Shown piece by piece: positions 8,078 through 17,464 of a DNA stretch of 42,287 nucleotides. Both the position numbers and the translations under genes were made by a program. This DNA is from a virus (taxonomy: Duplodnaviria; Caudoviricetes): IMG/VR virus record IMGVR_UViG_3300037608_000246, positions 1-42,287 of that record. The stretch is one strand, 5' to 3'. The first letter of the stretch is position 1. Each line of letters opens with the position of its first letter. Below the pieces are notes generated by a model, which made no database searches, was not told where the DNA came from, and was given only the letters and a program-made list of their open reading frames with translations.

Positions 8078-8705
8078 TCTTCCTTACCTCCTTCGCGTAT
8101 CCCATAATCAGATATTCAAGATTTGGAGTGGTATTTGCAATGATATTATTATGCCAATATTCCGGGCTGTTTATTCGCCCTGTTTTTTGTAGGTACTGGA
8201 GAGCAGCCAATGCCTTTTGTTTTGCTTCACTTATGGCCATCTTCTCACCTCTTAACTTGAGTGATTTCATTTCTTGAAGTGGGAAGTACTGTCCCGGACA
8301 GGCCGTTGGTCGCCAATGCCGGTGTCCATCAACCACTTGAATTGTCGATACTTTATACTTCAGCCACTTGATGAGTTCAACTCCAGCGTTGAACTGCGCG
8401 TCAGGCATCTCAACATCTTTCCCATCGTAGTCACCTTGAAAAACAATGCCCAGAAGGTGGCTATTGTGGCTTGCAGTGTGAGCCTGAAAGTTAAATCCCC
8501 GCCCCTCAATGACATGACCGTCCTTCATTACTAGCCAGCCGTAACCGAAACCTGACCAACCCTTCTTCAGGTGCTCTGCGTGAGCTTCTTCGAGCCCCCA
8601 TGTTGTATGATCCATATGATGTAGGGCTATTCCATCAATCTCATCAAGTCGATACGGATAAAGGGGCCTAGCCCATTTCAAGTTGTTTTTCTTTATGTCT
8701 AGCAT
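8058..8705 (-). CDS. Endolysin, N-acetylmuramoyl-L-alanine amidase (Amidase_2/PGRP) with a short C-terminal domain
   Basis: IALHH, GWSGFGY, IEGRG..AH and GHRH...TACPG zinc-ligand motifs. Confidence 0.92.
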   Translation of the reverse strand: MLDIKKNNLKWARPLYPYRLDEIDGIALHHMDHTTWGLEEAHAEHLKKGWSGFGYGWLVMKDGHVIEGRGFNFQAHTASHNSHLLGIVFQGDYDGKDVEMPDAQFNAGVELIKWLKYKVSTIQVVDGHRHWRPTACPGQYFPLQEMKSLKLRGEKMAISEAKQKALAALQYLQKTGRINSPEYWHNNIIANTTPNLEYLIMGYAKEVRKNESGNA

Positions 8706-8715
8706 GTCATCCTCC

Positions 8716-9087
8716 TTATAGAGTTAACTTGATTCCGGTGATAGCTGCAGCGAAAACTAGCCCCCATTTGATCACACTTGCAAAATGCGGCATTACTCGA
8801 TCGACCCATCCATCTTTTAGACTGGACTGCAGTTTTTCAATTGCTGCCAGCATTTCTTCGTTTGCTGCCTTGTCCTTGAGCTCGCTTTGAACTTCTTTCA
8901 GACTCAGCTTAATTTCGTCATTGGACTCAATCAGCAGTTTTAGATAGACACGCGTTTCAGCATCTGAATTAGACAATTTTGTAAACTGACGCTCAAGTTC
9001 TGTTACCCTTGTATCAATGCGTTCTAAGGACTTTTCTTGTTTACACGGCTCCATCGGCTGACCTCCTGTTGCTTCATTTGCCTCCAT
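8716..9087 (-). CDS. Lysis-associated coiled-coil protein with a C-terminal TM segment (XhlA-like)
   Basis: Heptad-rich body, C-terminal VIKWGLVFAAAITGIKL; first gene of the lysis cassette. Confidence 0.6.
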   Translation of the reverse strand: MEANEATGGQPMEPCKQEKSLERIDTRVTELERQFTKLSNSDAETRVYLKLLIESNDEIKLSLKEVQSELKDKAANEEMLAAIEKLQSSLKDGWVDRVMPHFASVIKWGLVFAAAITGIKLTL

Positions 9088-9119
9088 TCTAACACCTCCA
9101 TAAGAAATGGGGCGCGATG

Positions 9120-12100
9120 CTACCGCACCCCAAGTTTGTAGAGTTCAGCTGACATTTCTGCTTGGATCTTGACGAGATCTGCGAGGGTCGTCGCCTTTAC
9201 GGCCCTCTTCAAGTGATTGTTCATGGCGAGCCGGATCTTCTGGATTTTCGGATCATCGGCCTTGAGATTTGCATTGATATACTTTGTGGTCTTGGACAGT
9301 TTTGAAGAGATCTTGTTCATCGCGTTGTAATGTCGTTCCTCCGGCGTGACGACACTTGACTTAATGCTTTGCTCAATATTCTTGTCATTCTTGACCCGTT
9401 CAGCTTCGTCCAGTTTGTCATAGAAGTCCGTCATGGCCTGTGAGTTGAAGGCTGGGTCTACTGTAAATGCGCCTACAGTAGCACGTTCAATCGCATTTCC
9501 TATCCCTGCGCGTTCAGTTGTTGCAGGAAGCAGTATCTGACCAACTACTCCCGTGTAAGACCTGATGATGTAATCCATCTGCTTCGGAGAAATGTTCGTC
9601 AGACGACCAATGGCCTTTGCAATCTCGGAGGTGTTGTCGTCATACTGATTTTTACCGGAGTATTTCTGTAAACTCTGAGGAACAATGGTGCGTCCAGCAA
9701 AGTCTTTATTAACCGGCAAATTCCAAATGATCGGAGCAAAGATGTTACTAGTGAATGGATCAACTGGAGTGAAGTTTGTGGCTACAGTCCCGGCAAAGCC
9801 TTTGTAGGATCCTGCTAGCGCCCTCTCAAAGAGGGATCCCCACAAAACACCAAGCTCCCTGGATTTCGGTATCTTCCAATACGTTCCGTCACCTTTAGGA
9901 AAGACGTAGTAAGCATCTTTTGTACGCTGATCGAGCATCTTGTACTTCTCTTCGTCATCGGCCATGCTGACAAGATAGGAAACGATCTGCGGCGCGGTGA
10001 CTGCGATGCCCGCTTTGGCCATGCGCTTCAGAGCGCCGGATGGATCCTTCTTGAAGTTGAAAGCCTGGAAGAATCGGTCAAGACCCTGCACAGACGCGTT
10101 CAGGTAAGGGACGAACGGTTCGACTTGTTTGGTGATGTCACCGCCACGTGCGAAGTTGACAGTGACGTTCTGAGCGGCATAGAGAGCTTTCTCCACATCT
10201 CCGGTTTTCTCGAGGACGTAGTTGAACTCGGAGATCCTTGGGGCTTGTTCTGTGAGGTTGTTGAGCCACTCGATCATCTTCAGAGGTACTTTTAGTTTTG
10301 AGGCCGCGCTAGGCTGAAGAAGTTTCGCATATTGAGCCGCTTCACTCGCCGCAAACTGACCCGAACCAGCGCCGCCAATGTTCTTGAATATTTCTGCTCC
10401 ACCAGTGTCTGTGGCGATCTCATAACCAGCCTTTGCTAGGTTCATAAGGAAGAATAACGGGTTGTCCTGAGAACCGTATACATAAGCGGTTGGGATGTCG
10501 CGGAAGATGTTGCGCAGAGCGAAGAGTGGGTTGTATTGGGTGATGAGGCCCTTAAAGACCCCTGTGACCTTACGCATAACCTGTGCGTTGTTGATGATCT
10601 TTGGTAAGCCCTGAAGTGCTTCCAGAAGCATCTTGTCGTTGATCTGGAGATACTGAGGACTGCCGCCCTCCCAGATTGCGATCACATTATCGAGTTTTTT
10701 ACTTCGAAACATCCCGATATTGGCCGGTATCTCCTCGACGAACTTTTGCATCTCTTGGGGGTTATTACGAACCTCTTCTAGAAGGGAAAGGCCAACTTCA
10801 TTGTAGCGAGCGGTTCGCACTACCTTATTGACCATCTGCATGACATTTCCCACTGGGTTGGTGAGATCACGATCTGATCCGGTTGCTTTCTTAACTGGGT
10901 TCGGAAGATCCACGAAGCGCTTGCCTGGCCCACCATGTCCTACGTCCTCAAGATCTGAGAACTCACGGTAGGTTGGGAAGTAGGACGGATACATTTCGCG
11001 CCACTCGTCGTAGGTTTCAGCGTCGATGATCCCAGTGTTTACCGCCCACGTTTTCATGAACTGGTCGATCCATGCGGTTACGCTGTCACCCCACGCACGG
11101 TACTCTGGGTATAGCCGTTCGGCGTTTGCCGCGAAGACGATTGAGTCGTCCGGCGTCATGCCCGGATCTACCGGCTTACCCTCTCGGGAGCGGTCAATGT
11201 TGTGACGCTGGGCCATGTACTGCCAGAAGTCCTTGTTCGTCGCGAACGGCTCTGTCACTGTCTTCCACGACGTGCCTACATCCCGCCCTTTAGTGTCGAC
11301 GAGGGCGTGGGTCAAAATGCGCTCCACTGATCCGGAGACCAATGCTGTGTTGGCCGCTTTCATTTTGACCGTGTCGCTGACTTTGTTCAACGGGTGATTC
11401 TTGTCGACTATCCTGCGATATAGATTGGCCAGATCGCCTTTCAAATCCCTAGGCACCTTCTTCTCGTCCATCTTGATATCGATTGTAGGGACGGAAAACT
11501 TGTCAGCGGGTAATGCCTTTAGCCACGCGTTTTGAGCCTTATGATATTCTTTGATCAGTATTTCAGGCGCTTCATTTAATCCGTCTTTATAGGAATAAAT
11601 TTCATTGCTAAGATCTTCATACTTCTTTTGCAAGGCTTTGATGTCGACCAGTCTTGGCGCAGCCTCGTCGTCGTCTTCGAAAACTTCCTCAGCATCGTCG
11701 ACTTCTTTTACATGCTGATAATCATCGAAGTCTTCTTGCGCTGGGTTCTCTGAAACATAGAAAGCTTTCTCATTCATATCCTTTAGGTTAAGTTCACTAA
11801 AAACGTTTTCAAGCAACTCTAGCGCTACTTCAAATGTCAGCGGGTCATAACCCTCGTCTATTGCGTCCTCATCAGAATAGATGCCGTTCGAATCGTTTTG
11901 TTGGAGTACACGGATAAGATTTTTTCTTCCAATCTTGTCTGCGTTATTAAGGATCCACCTTGGAGATTGCTTCACGCTGTACTTTTCTCGTCCTTCCCAA
12001 GCACTCTCACCGACTCCTTCTTCCCTGCCCTGCCAGACACCTGGTCTCGAATCGTTTAGAGCACCTCGAGCGCCGTCCCCGGTTGTGGCGTTAATGACCT

Positions 12101-15100
12101 CAAAGAGATAGGCGTCATCGATTAGTTTTCTCGCCTCCTCAAAGACAAGCATATTCTCAGCTACGAGGAAAGGTCGGTGCCCACCAAAGTCAAGGGCGTT
12201 TTTCTTGAGGTGGCTTTTGAGTTTTTTCTGATCAAAAGCCACCTCAGACGGGATCTCCTGTATACCCCGGACTTTAAGACCCGGAGACATATAGAAGATG
12301 GTCGAGTACCCCTCATTGCCCTTCAGTTCCTTAGCCATTTCGACGACGTCTTCAGCGCTGCCAATCTTTCGCCCAAGAAGTGCGTGAGGCTTGTCTGGCA
12401 TAAGAAGTTTGTCCGATCCGAGGTTTAAGTCGTGTATGGAAGCCTCCTTAAAATTATCAGGCGAGATGAGGCCATACTGGCCACTGTTGATGACGATATG
12501 CCCTTTAAATTCCACGATTCCACTAAACATACCCGCAAAGCGCCCGGTCATGTCGAAGTCTTGCCCCGAAGGCATAGGTTGCCCGGACGGGTGGTTGTGC
12601 ATAAGGTAAAAACTAGTCGCATCCATGCTCTTGGCAAAGTTGATCTCTGTGTTGATCCACTGCTCCTTTTCTGCTCCATCCTTACCGACGAAGATTGCTG
12701 ACGATCCCGGCATCCGGGAAGAGACACCAGTGTGGTGGACTATCTGCCCGTCGTCGTTTAAAAAGAACATCCGGAAGGTTTCGAAGCGAGGATCTCTGAG
12801 AACTTGCGCAATGACCGCAAGCTCATGGGTGTCCTTTATTTTTTGTCCGATGAACTCGACTTTACCTTTGCTGAGGAATTTTTTTGTGTAGTCTCTTGCA
12901 ATCGTTTTAGCACGTCGAGATCCGTCCACCTCTCGTCCGGTAGGGGTTTGTACACTGAATTTTTCTTCGAGTGCTTCAAGAGCTTGGGCACCGAGAACCG
13001 CCTCCTGTTCAGAAACTTTAAGGTTTTGCATCAATATAATGCTTTTTTCAACTGTTTCAGCTGAGAACTCCTCAATCAAGGCTTTTGCAACCGATTTATC
13101 CGAAGGAAGTGATCTATGTTCTTCGACATAGTCGCTAAGCAGCTTCGAGATTGCAACATCTTTAAAAATAGGTTTTGGTGGTGCCATCTTAATATTATTT
13201 CCTGATCCGTCAACCATTCTGCGGTCAATCAGGAGTTTCCAGTAGTTCTCTTCATGAGAGAACTGTTCAAACTTAGGTTTTACACCAAACTGCTCGCAGA
13301 GTTCGAGATACTTCTGCTGATTCTCCTGTGGTGTCTTTTTGTTATCCCACCATTCAAACATTTCGGGTACCCTGACTTTTCTCTGGCGTGCCTTCTCATG
13401 ATTTTTTCCACCATATGCTTCGTTTATATCCCAGTCGAAGACAACTTCGCGCTGGGTTGATTCGTAATTTGTCCATTTTTCAATGCCCTGACCCGAGAGA
13501 GCCCGATTTTCCGCACTAAGCCCTGAGATGTGGTACGGAATGACATAATCAATGTCCGGTGAGCGTAATAGTGCCAGAATTTGATCGTCGTTGATGCCAA
13601 TTGCTATGGTACCCGCTGTTTTGTCAAACCGGTTTCTGAAATTGAGGGCTGTCTCAAAGTCCATCCCTTCAATGGAATCAAATACGAGTTTCCCGTTTTT
13701 CATACCTGATTCGCCTTTAGGAATAAGGGACAGATTAATCATTAATCCTGTGTCCCCTAATAGCTCCACAAATTCAGGAACTTTTGTATAAGCATGGCCG
13801 GTAAGTCCAACTCTGGACATGTCAACTATAGCTTGCATTGCATCAAGCAAATGAGGGATCTCAAAGTCTGACCATGACTGCCAACGTAGCCCAGATCGTT
13901 CATTATACGCTTTTACTTTATTCTTGTTTCTGCTAAAATGCTTAAGAATTTCTCCACGATACTCCGTTCTGCTCTCTTGCGTCTTGATTCCGCGGACACC
14001 AGTGCTCGAATTGAATTTTGAGTAAATCTTTGGTTGCTCTACCTTTAGTCGATCGTATCCTTCCTGCGTAAGAAATAAATCAGGGTCAAGATCTGGATTC
14101 TCTTCGATGAATTTGTTTGCAACTTTTCCGAGTTCAATTCGCCGAGAATCTACATAGCAAATTCCACACGAAACAACTACACCCTTATCCAACAACGTCT
14201 TTCTTACTTTAAGAAATTCAGCAGGTGACAAACCTCTTCCAATCGCTGTCTGTATCTCTTCAATAGTTCCCTGCATGACAAGTCTTTTTTTGCATAGTGT
14301 TGAGAAGTCTAATGACTTATCATAGTGAGGATCTGAGTTGTCCTTAAGCGCAGTGTACAAATCTGAGGCTTCATAATCTAAGCGAATCGGATCATTCAAT
14401 ATGATAGCCATAGCATTATCAAGACTTTTCAACCAATTTGACACCTTATTCTTTGGCAGTCCAAGCTTTTCAATCAGATCCTTTATAGCTGCAGACTTTT
14501 CTTCTCCTGTCCATGTTCGAACACTATAAAGAGGTGCAGCTGATGCCGCTTCAACAACTACTTCCGATGTTTGAATTTTGCCCACATCACGGCCCATAAC
14601 CTCAGCAACGACTTCTTCGAACTTCTTCTGAAAATCCTTAATCTGCGTCTCTGTCATGACGCCGAGATTGCCAGATTCCTTCTTATCATCTGTGAGGATG
14701 CGATTGATAAAGGATCGAATGACTCTGGCAAGTTTCTGAGCCGTGGTGACGTCGCGCTCATAGAGGTTTTGCCAAAATTGCCTGTCAGTAAAAAGGGATC
14801 CGGCTTCCTCCGCCAACATTTCTTCAATCAGGAGTTCGCGGTCTCCGGATAGACGCTGTTGATACTCCTTATCCATCGCATATTTCGACAGTTGTTGATT
14901 GATCTTTTCAGTAGTCAAGCTGTTTCCGACCACTTCACGGAGCTTTTTATAGAGATCGCCATGCTTTGTGTTGACGTGATGGAGAAACTCGTGTCCAAAA
15001 ACGTCCATGACGACCTTGCCCTCTGTCGCCTCCGCGCGATTGATGAAGATCGTGTTCGCTTCCCTTGACGAAAACATACCCCTCGTATTGGCACGCCCGC

Positions 15101-17435
15101 TTTCATAGAAGACGACGTCCACACCAAGGCGTCTGCCGAGCTTCTGAGCTTCGAGGTGACCGATCTCAAGATCTGCAGCCCGAACCGCTGTTGCTCCTGT
15201 CAGCGCCTTGACGTTTGTGATTCTATTTGTTGCCTCTGCGTCGTCGATGAGGCGCACAGGTGCTTCAATAGCCGTCTTGGCTCCCTCAAATGCTCTAACC
15301 TCTGAGAAAGTCTTCAGTGTTTTCCACTTCTGGAAGGCTGCATTGTTCGTATCCGGGATCCCCTTGAGCGCCATGATGGATCTGACCATACGGGGCTCGA
15401 CGCCGAGCTCCTTGGCAATGGTTTTACGGGCTGTGCCCTCCATGGCCATATCCGCGATCCGCTGGTCAATGCCGTCCTCAACTGCCAGCGCTAGGTCTGC
15501 TTCCATGTTCTTCAGAACGGTCTTGTTCATCTTAGAGGTGTCGACGACCGGTGTGAACTCAGGTATCTTTGGCTCTGCTGTCTCCGCTTTCGTGAGTTCC
15601 TGTAGACCAGGAGTACGATTCTTGTAAGCCTGTTCCTTTGCCATGTCGAGAATGTCGAGAGAAGCATAGCCCCTGAGGAGGCTCTCCCGGATCGACTCAG
15701 GCGTCGTGTTTTCGATCTCGTCTTGAAAGGCTTCCCACTCCTGCATTGACTCAACATCGTTAGACTCGCTCTTAAGGATCTCCTTCTGATAGTTGATCAT
15801 TTTGTCCATGATCTGATCCGCTGCGTCAATGAGTTCGGTCTGGGCGTAGGTCTCACCGCGGTACTTGGTGTTCTTACCCTTTTGGCTTTCTTCGGGCACA
15901 CCTTTACGCTTCTCGTACTCGGTCATCTGCTTGGTGTAGCCTTCAAGGTCGTAGGAGATCTGAGGTGTGGTCTTCTCCTTGATGTAGTTGATCGCCGTAC
16001 CCGGAGTGGCCATCGCTCCGCCTGCGAAACCACCCGTAGTACCCAGCGCCGCGGAATAGAGATCGCGCTGCGGGTTGATTATGGATTCAGCGTTCGGATC
16101 GTCTGAGTAGATCGGGATGTCTTTACCTGCGACGATGCGATCCACCGAACCTTCCCACCAGTTCTGCTTGACCTCCTCAAAACCCTCACCGAGTGAGCTC
16201 TTAAGGAAATCGACCGCCTTCTCCATGCCACCTTCTTTGAAAGCTTTGTTGACACCGCCACCCTCGAGGACGCTCTGGCCATAAGCGTTGATAAATGCTG
16301 TGAAGAAAGCCTTGCCATCGTCCATGCCTTCAACGAGGTTCCTCTGGTAGGACTGGGAGAAGATCTTCGCCCCCAGCGGCAGTGTCTCAGGGCTGATGAC
16401 CGCACGCTTGGCGAGCTCAACCATGGCGACCTTGCGGGTCTCTTTGCTGAGTAGTTTCTTGCCAATCTCCTTCGCGCCCATCTGTGCCACATTGCCTGTA
16501 CCGCTTGTAGCCAAAGCGAGGACGATAGTGGTCAGCATGTCCGGGACGAAGGAAGTGAAGTCGTACAGGAAGCCTTTGATCGCGTCGTCGCCGACGGTAG
16601 CTTCACGGTTGATGCCCATCTGTTGGTACTGCTCTGCACCGCGCCGAAGCTGACCTTTTGCTTTCTGCTCGCCTGCGAGGAGCTCTTCCTGAGACACTAC
16701 CCTGCCGGACTCAATCTTTCTCATGTTGTAGGTGTTGCCCCCACCAAGTCCCTGCAGAGTATTACTTGCAGCCTTCGTGCCGAGCCACCAGTCCGAGAGA
16801 CTCTGGGCGATGACCTTCAGTTTGCCGTCGTTAGGGAAACGTGCATCGATCTCGGCCTTGGCCTTACTAACAGCCTGCTCGTGCTGGATCTCACCGTATA
16901 GGGCGTCCTGCGTCGCTTTCTTAAAAGCCGAGTCCAGCTGGTACTGCTTCAGACTCTGCGAGTCCAGGGTGTTGGCCGCAAGGGTGAGCCATGCGTATTC
17001 GTCCTGAGGGTTGGCTGCGATGCTGGTGCGAGCCTGCTCGGTGACGAGCTTCTTCTTTACGTTCTCCACCGTCGGGGTCTGCCGGAGTAGGGCTTGCTTT
17101 TGTTCAGCGATGGCTTTGTAGGCCATGGGATTTAATGAGGTCATAGTTCTTTGCTGGGCCTCGATCTCTCTGAGGCGCTTGTTCTGCTCCTCCTGCTCCT
17201 TCCTCAAACGGTTCTGAATGGTGACCGGCGTGATTCTGGGCGCAATGACAAAGCCTTGCCGCTGTGAATGGAAAGGGCTTTCGATCTTCGGCGCGATGCT
17301 GTCGACAGTCATCTTCTTAGGCTCCTCGTATCTGGATGCCTTGAATCGCTCAAACTCGTCGGTTTTTCTGGATTCTACGAAGCGTTCAAACTCCGTCTTT
17401 TTTTTCTTGCTCTTGTTGTCATCTCTTATTAACAC
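9120..17435 (-). CDS. Giant polyvalent internal virion/ejection protein (zincin HExxH, CxxC module, JAB/RadC, LPD38-like C-terminus)
   Basis: 2771 aa; HEFLH at aa 815-819; CGICY at aa 1090; E...HNHPSG..PS..D JAB motif at aa 1613; C-terminal WKIPKSRELG...NKDFAGRTIVP...ISPKQMDYIIRSYTG typical of LPD38; sits in the podovirus ejection-protein position before lysis. Confidence 0.85.
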   Translation of the reverse strand: MLIRDDNKSKKKKTEFERFVESRKTDEFERFKASRYEEPKKMTVDSIAPKIESPFHSQRQGFVIAPRITPVTIQNRLRKEQEEQNKRLREIEAQQRTMTSLNPMAYKAIAEQKQALLRQTPTVENVKKKLVTEQARTSIAANPQDEYAWLTLAANTLDSQSLKQYQLDSAFKKATQDALYGEIQHEQAVSKAKAEIDARFPNDGKLKVIAQSLSDWWLGTKAASNTLQGLGGGNTYNMRKIESGRVVSQEELLAGEQKAKGQLRRGAEQYQQMGINREATVGDDAIKGFLYDFTSFVPDMLTTIVLALATSGTGNVAQMGAKEIGKKLLSKETRKVAMVELAKRAVISPETLPLGAKIFSQSYQRNLVEGMDDGKAFFTAFINAYGQSVLEGGGVNKAFKEGGMEKAVDFLKSSLGEGFEEVKQNWWEGSVDRIVAGKDIPIYSDDPNAESIINPQRDLYSAALGTTGGFAGGAMATPGTAINYIKEKTTPQISYDLEGYTKQMTEYEKRKGVPEESQKGKNTKYRGETYAQTELIDAADQIMDKMINYQKEILKSESNDVESMQEWEAFQDEIENTTPESIRESLLRGYASLDILDMAKEQAYKNRTPGLQELTKAETAEPKIPEFTPVVDTSKMNKTVLKNMEADLALAVEDGIDQRIADMAMEGTARKTIAKELGVEPRMVRSIMALKGIPDTNNAAFQKWKTLKTFSEVRAFEGAKTAIEAPVRLIDDAEATNRITNVKALTGATAVRAADLEIGHLEAQKLGRRLGVDVVFYESGRANTRGMFSSREANTIFINRAEATEGKVVMDVFGHEFLHHVNTKHGDLYKKLREVVGNSLTTEKINQQLSKYAMDKEYQQRLSGDRELLIEEMLAEEAGSLFTDRQFWQNLYERDVTTAQKLARVIRSFINRILTDDKKESGNLGVMTETQIKDFQKKFEEVVAEVMGRDVGKIQTSEVVVEAASAAPLYSVRTWTGEEKSAAIKDLIEKLGLPKNKVSNWLKSLDNAMAIILNDPIRLDYEASDLYTALKDNSDPHYDKSLDFSTLCKKRLVMQGTIEEIQTAIGRGLSPAEFLKVRKTLLDKGVVVSCGICYVDSRRIELGKVANKFIEENPDLDPDLFLTQEGYDRLKVEQPKIYSKFNSSTGVRGIKTQESRTEYRGEILKHFSRNKNKVKAYNERSGLRWQSWSDFEIPHLLDAMQAIVDMSRVGLTGHAYTKVPEFVELLGDTGLMINLSLIPKGESGMKNGKLVFDSIEGMDFETALNFRNRFDKTAGTIAIGINDDQILALLRSPDIDYVIPYHISGLSAENRALSGQGIEKWTNYESTQREVVFDWDINEAYGGKNHEKARQRKVRVPEMFEWWDNKKTPQENQQKYLELCEQFGVKPKFEQFSHEENYWKLLIDRRMVDGSGNNIKMAPPKPIFKDVAISKLLSDYVEEHRSLPSDKSVAKALIEEFSAETVEKSIILMQNLKVSEQEAVLGAQALEALEEKFSVQTPTGREVDGSRRAKTIARDYTKKFLSKGKVEFIGQKIKDTHELAVIAQVLRDPRFETFRMFFLNDDGQIVHHTGVSSRMPGSSAIFVGKDGAEKEQWINTEINFAKSMDATSFYLMHNHPSGQPMPSGQDFDMTGRFAGMFSGIVEFKGHIVINSGQYGLISPDNFKEASIHDLNLGSDKLLMPDKPHALLGRKIGSAEDVVEMAKELKGNEGYSTIFYMSPGLKVRGIQEIPSEVAFDQKKLKSHLKKNALDFGGHRPFLVAENMLVFEEARKLIDDAYLFEVINATTGDGARGALNDSRPGVWQGREEGVGESAWEGREKYSVKQSPRWILNNADKIGRKNLIRVLQQNDSNGIYSDEDAIDEGYDPLTFEVALELLENVFSELNLKDMNEKAFYVSENPAQEDFDDYQHVKEVDDAEEVFEDDDEAAPRLVDIKALQKKYEDLSNEIYSYKDGLNEAPEILIKEYHKAQNAWLKALPADKFSVPTIDIKMDEKKVPRDLKGDLANLYRRIVDKNHPLNKVSDTVKMKAANTALVSGSVERILTHALVDTKGRDVGTSWKTVTEPFATNKDFWQYMAQRHNIDRSREGKPVDPGMTPDDSIVFAANAERLYPEYRAWGDSVTAWIDQFMKTWAVNTGIIDAETYDEWREMYPSYFPTYREFSDLEDVGHGGPGKRFVDLPNPVKKATGSDRDLTNPVGNVMQMVNKVVRTARYNEVGLSLLEEVRNNPQEMQKFVEEIPANIGMFRSKKLDNVIAIWEGGSPQYLQINDKMLLEALQGLPKIINNAQVMRKVTGVFKGLITQYNPLFALRNIFRDIPTAYVYGSQDNPLFFLMNLAKAGYEIATDTGGAEIFKNIGGAGSGQFAASEAAQYAKLLQPSAASKLKVPLKMIEWLNNLTEQAPRISEFNYVLEKTGDVEKALYAAQNVTVNFARGGDITKQVEPFVPYLNASVQGLDRFFQAFNFKKDPSGALKRMAKAGIAVTAPQIVSYLVSMADDEEKYKMLDQRTKDAYYVFPKGDGTYWKIPKSRELGVLWGSLFERALAGSYKGFAGTVATNFTPVDPFTSNIFAPIIWNLPVNKDFAGRTIVPQSLQKYSGKNQYDDNTSEIAKAIGRLTNISPKQMDYIIRSYTGVVGQILLPATTERAGIGNAIERATVGAFTVDPAFNSQAMTDFYDKLDEAERVKNDKNIEQSIKSSVVTPEERHYNAMNKISSKLSKTTKYINANLKADDPKIQKIRLAMNNHLKRAVKATTLADLVKIQAEMSAELYKLGVR

Positions 17436-17464
17436 GGGCTGGCCTCCTTGGTTTTAGGATCGGG

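Noticed and set aside
9120-17435. Calling the 2771-aa ORF a tape measure protein
   Set aside because: No tail tube, sheath or tail chaperone genes; adaptor and nozzle are podovirus-like; the protein carries enzyme motifs and an LPD38-like end rather than TMP repeats
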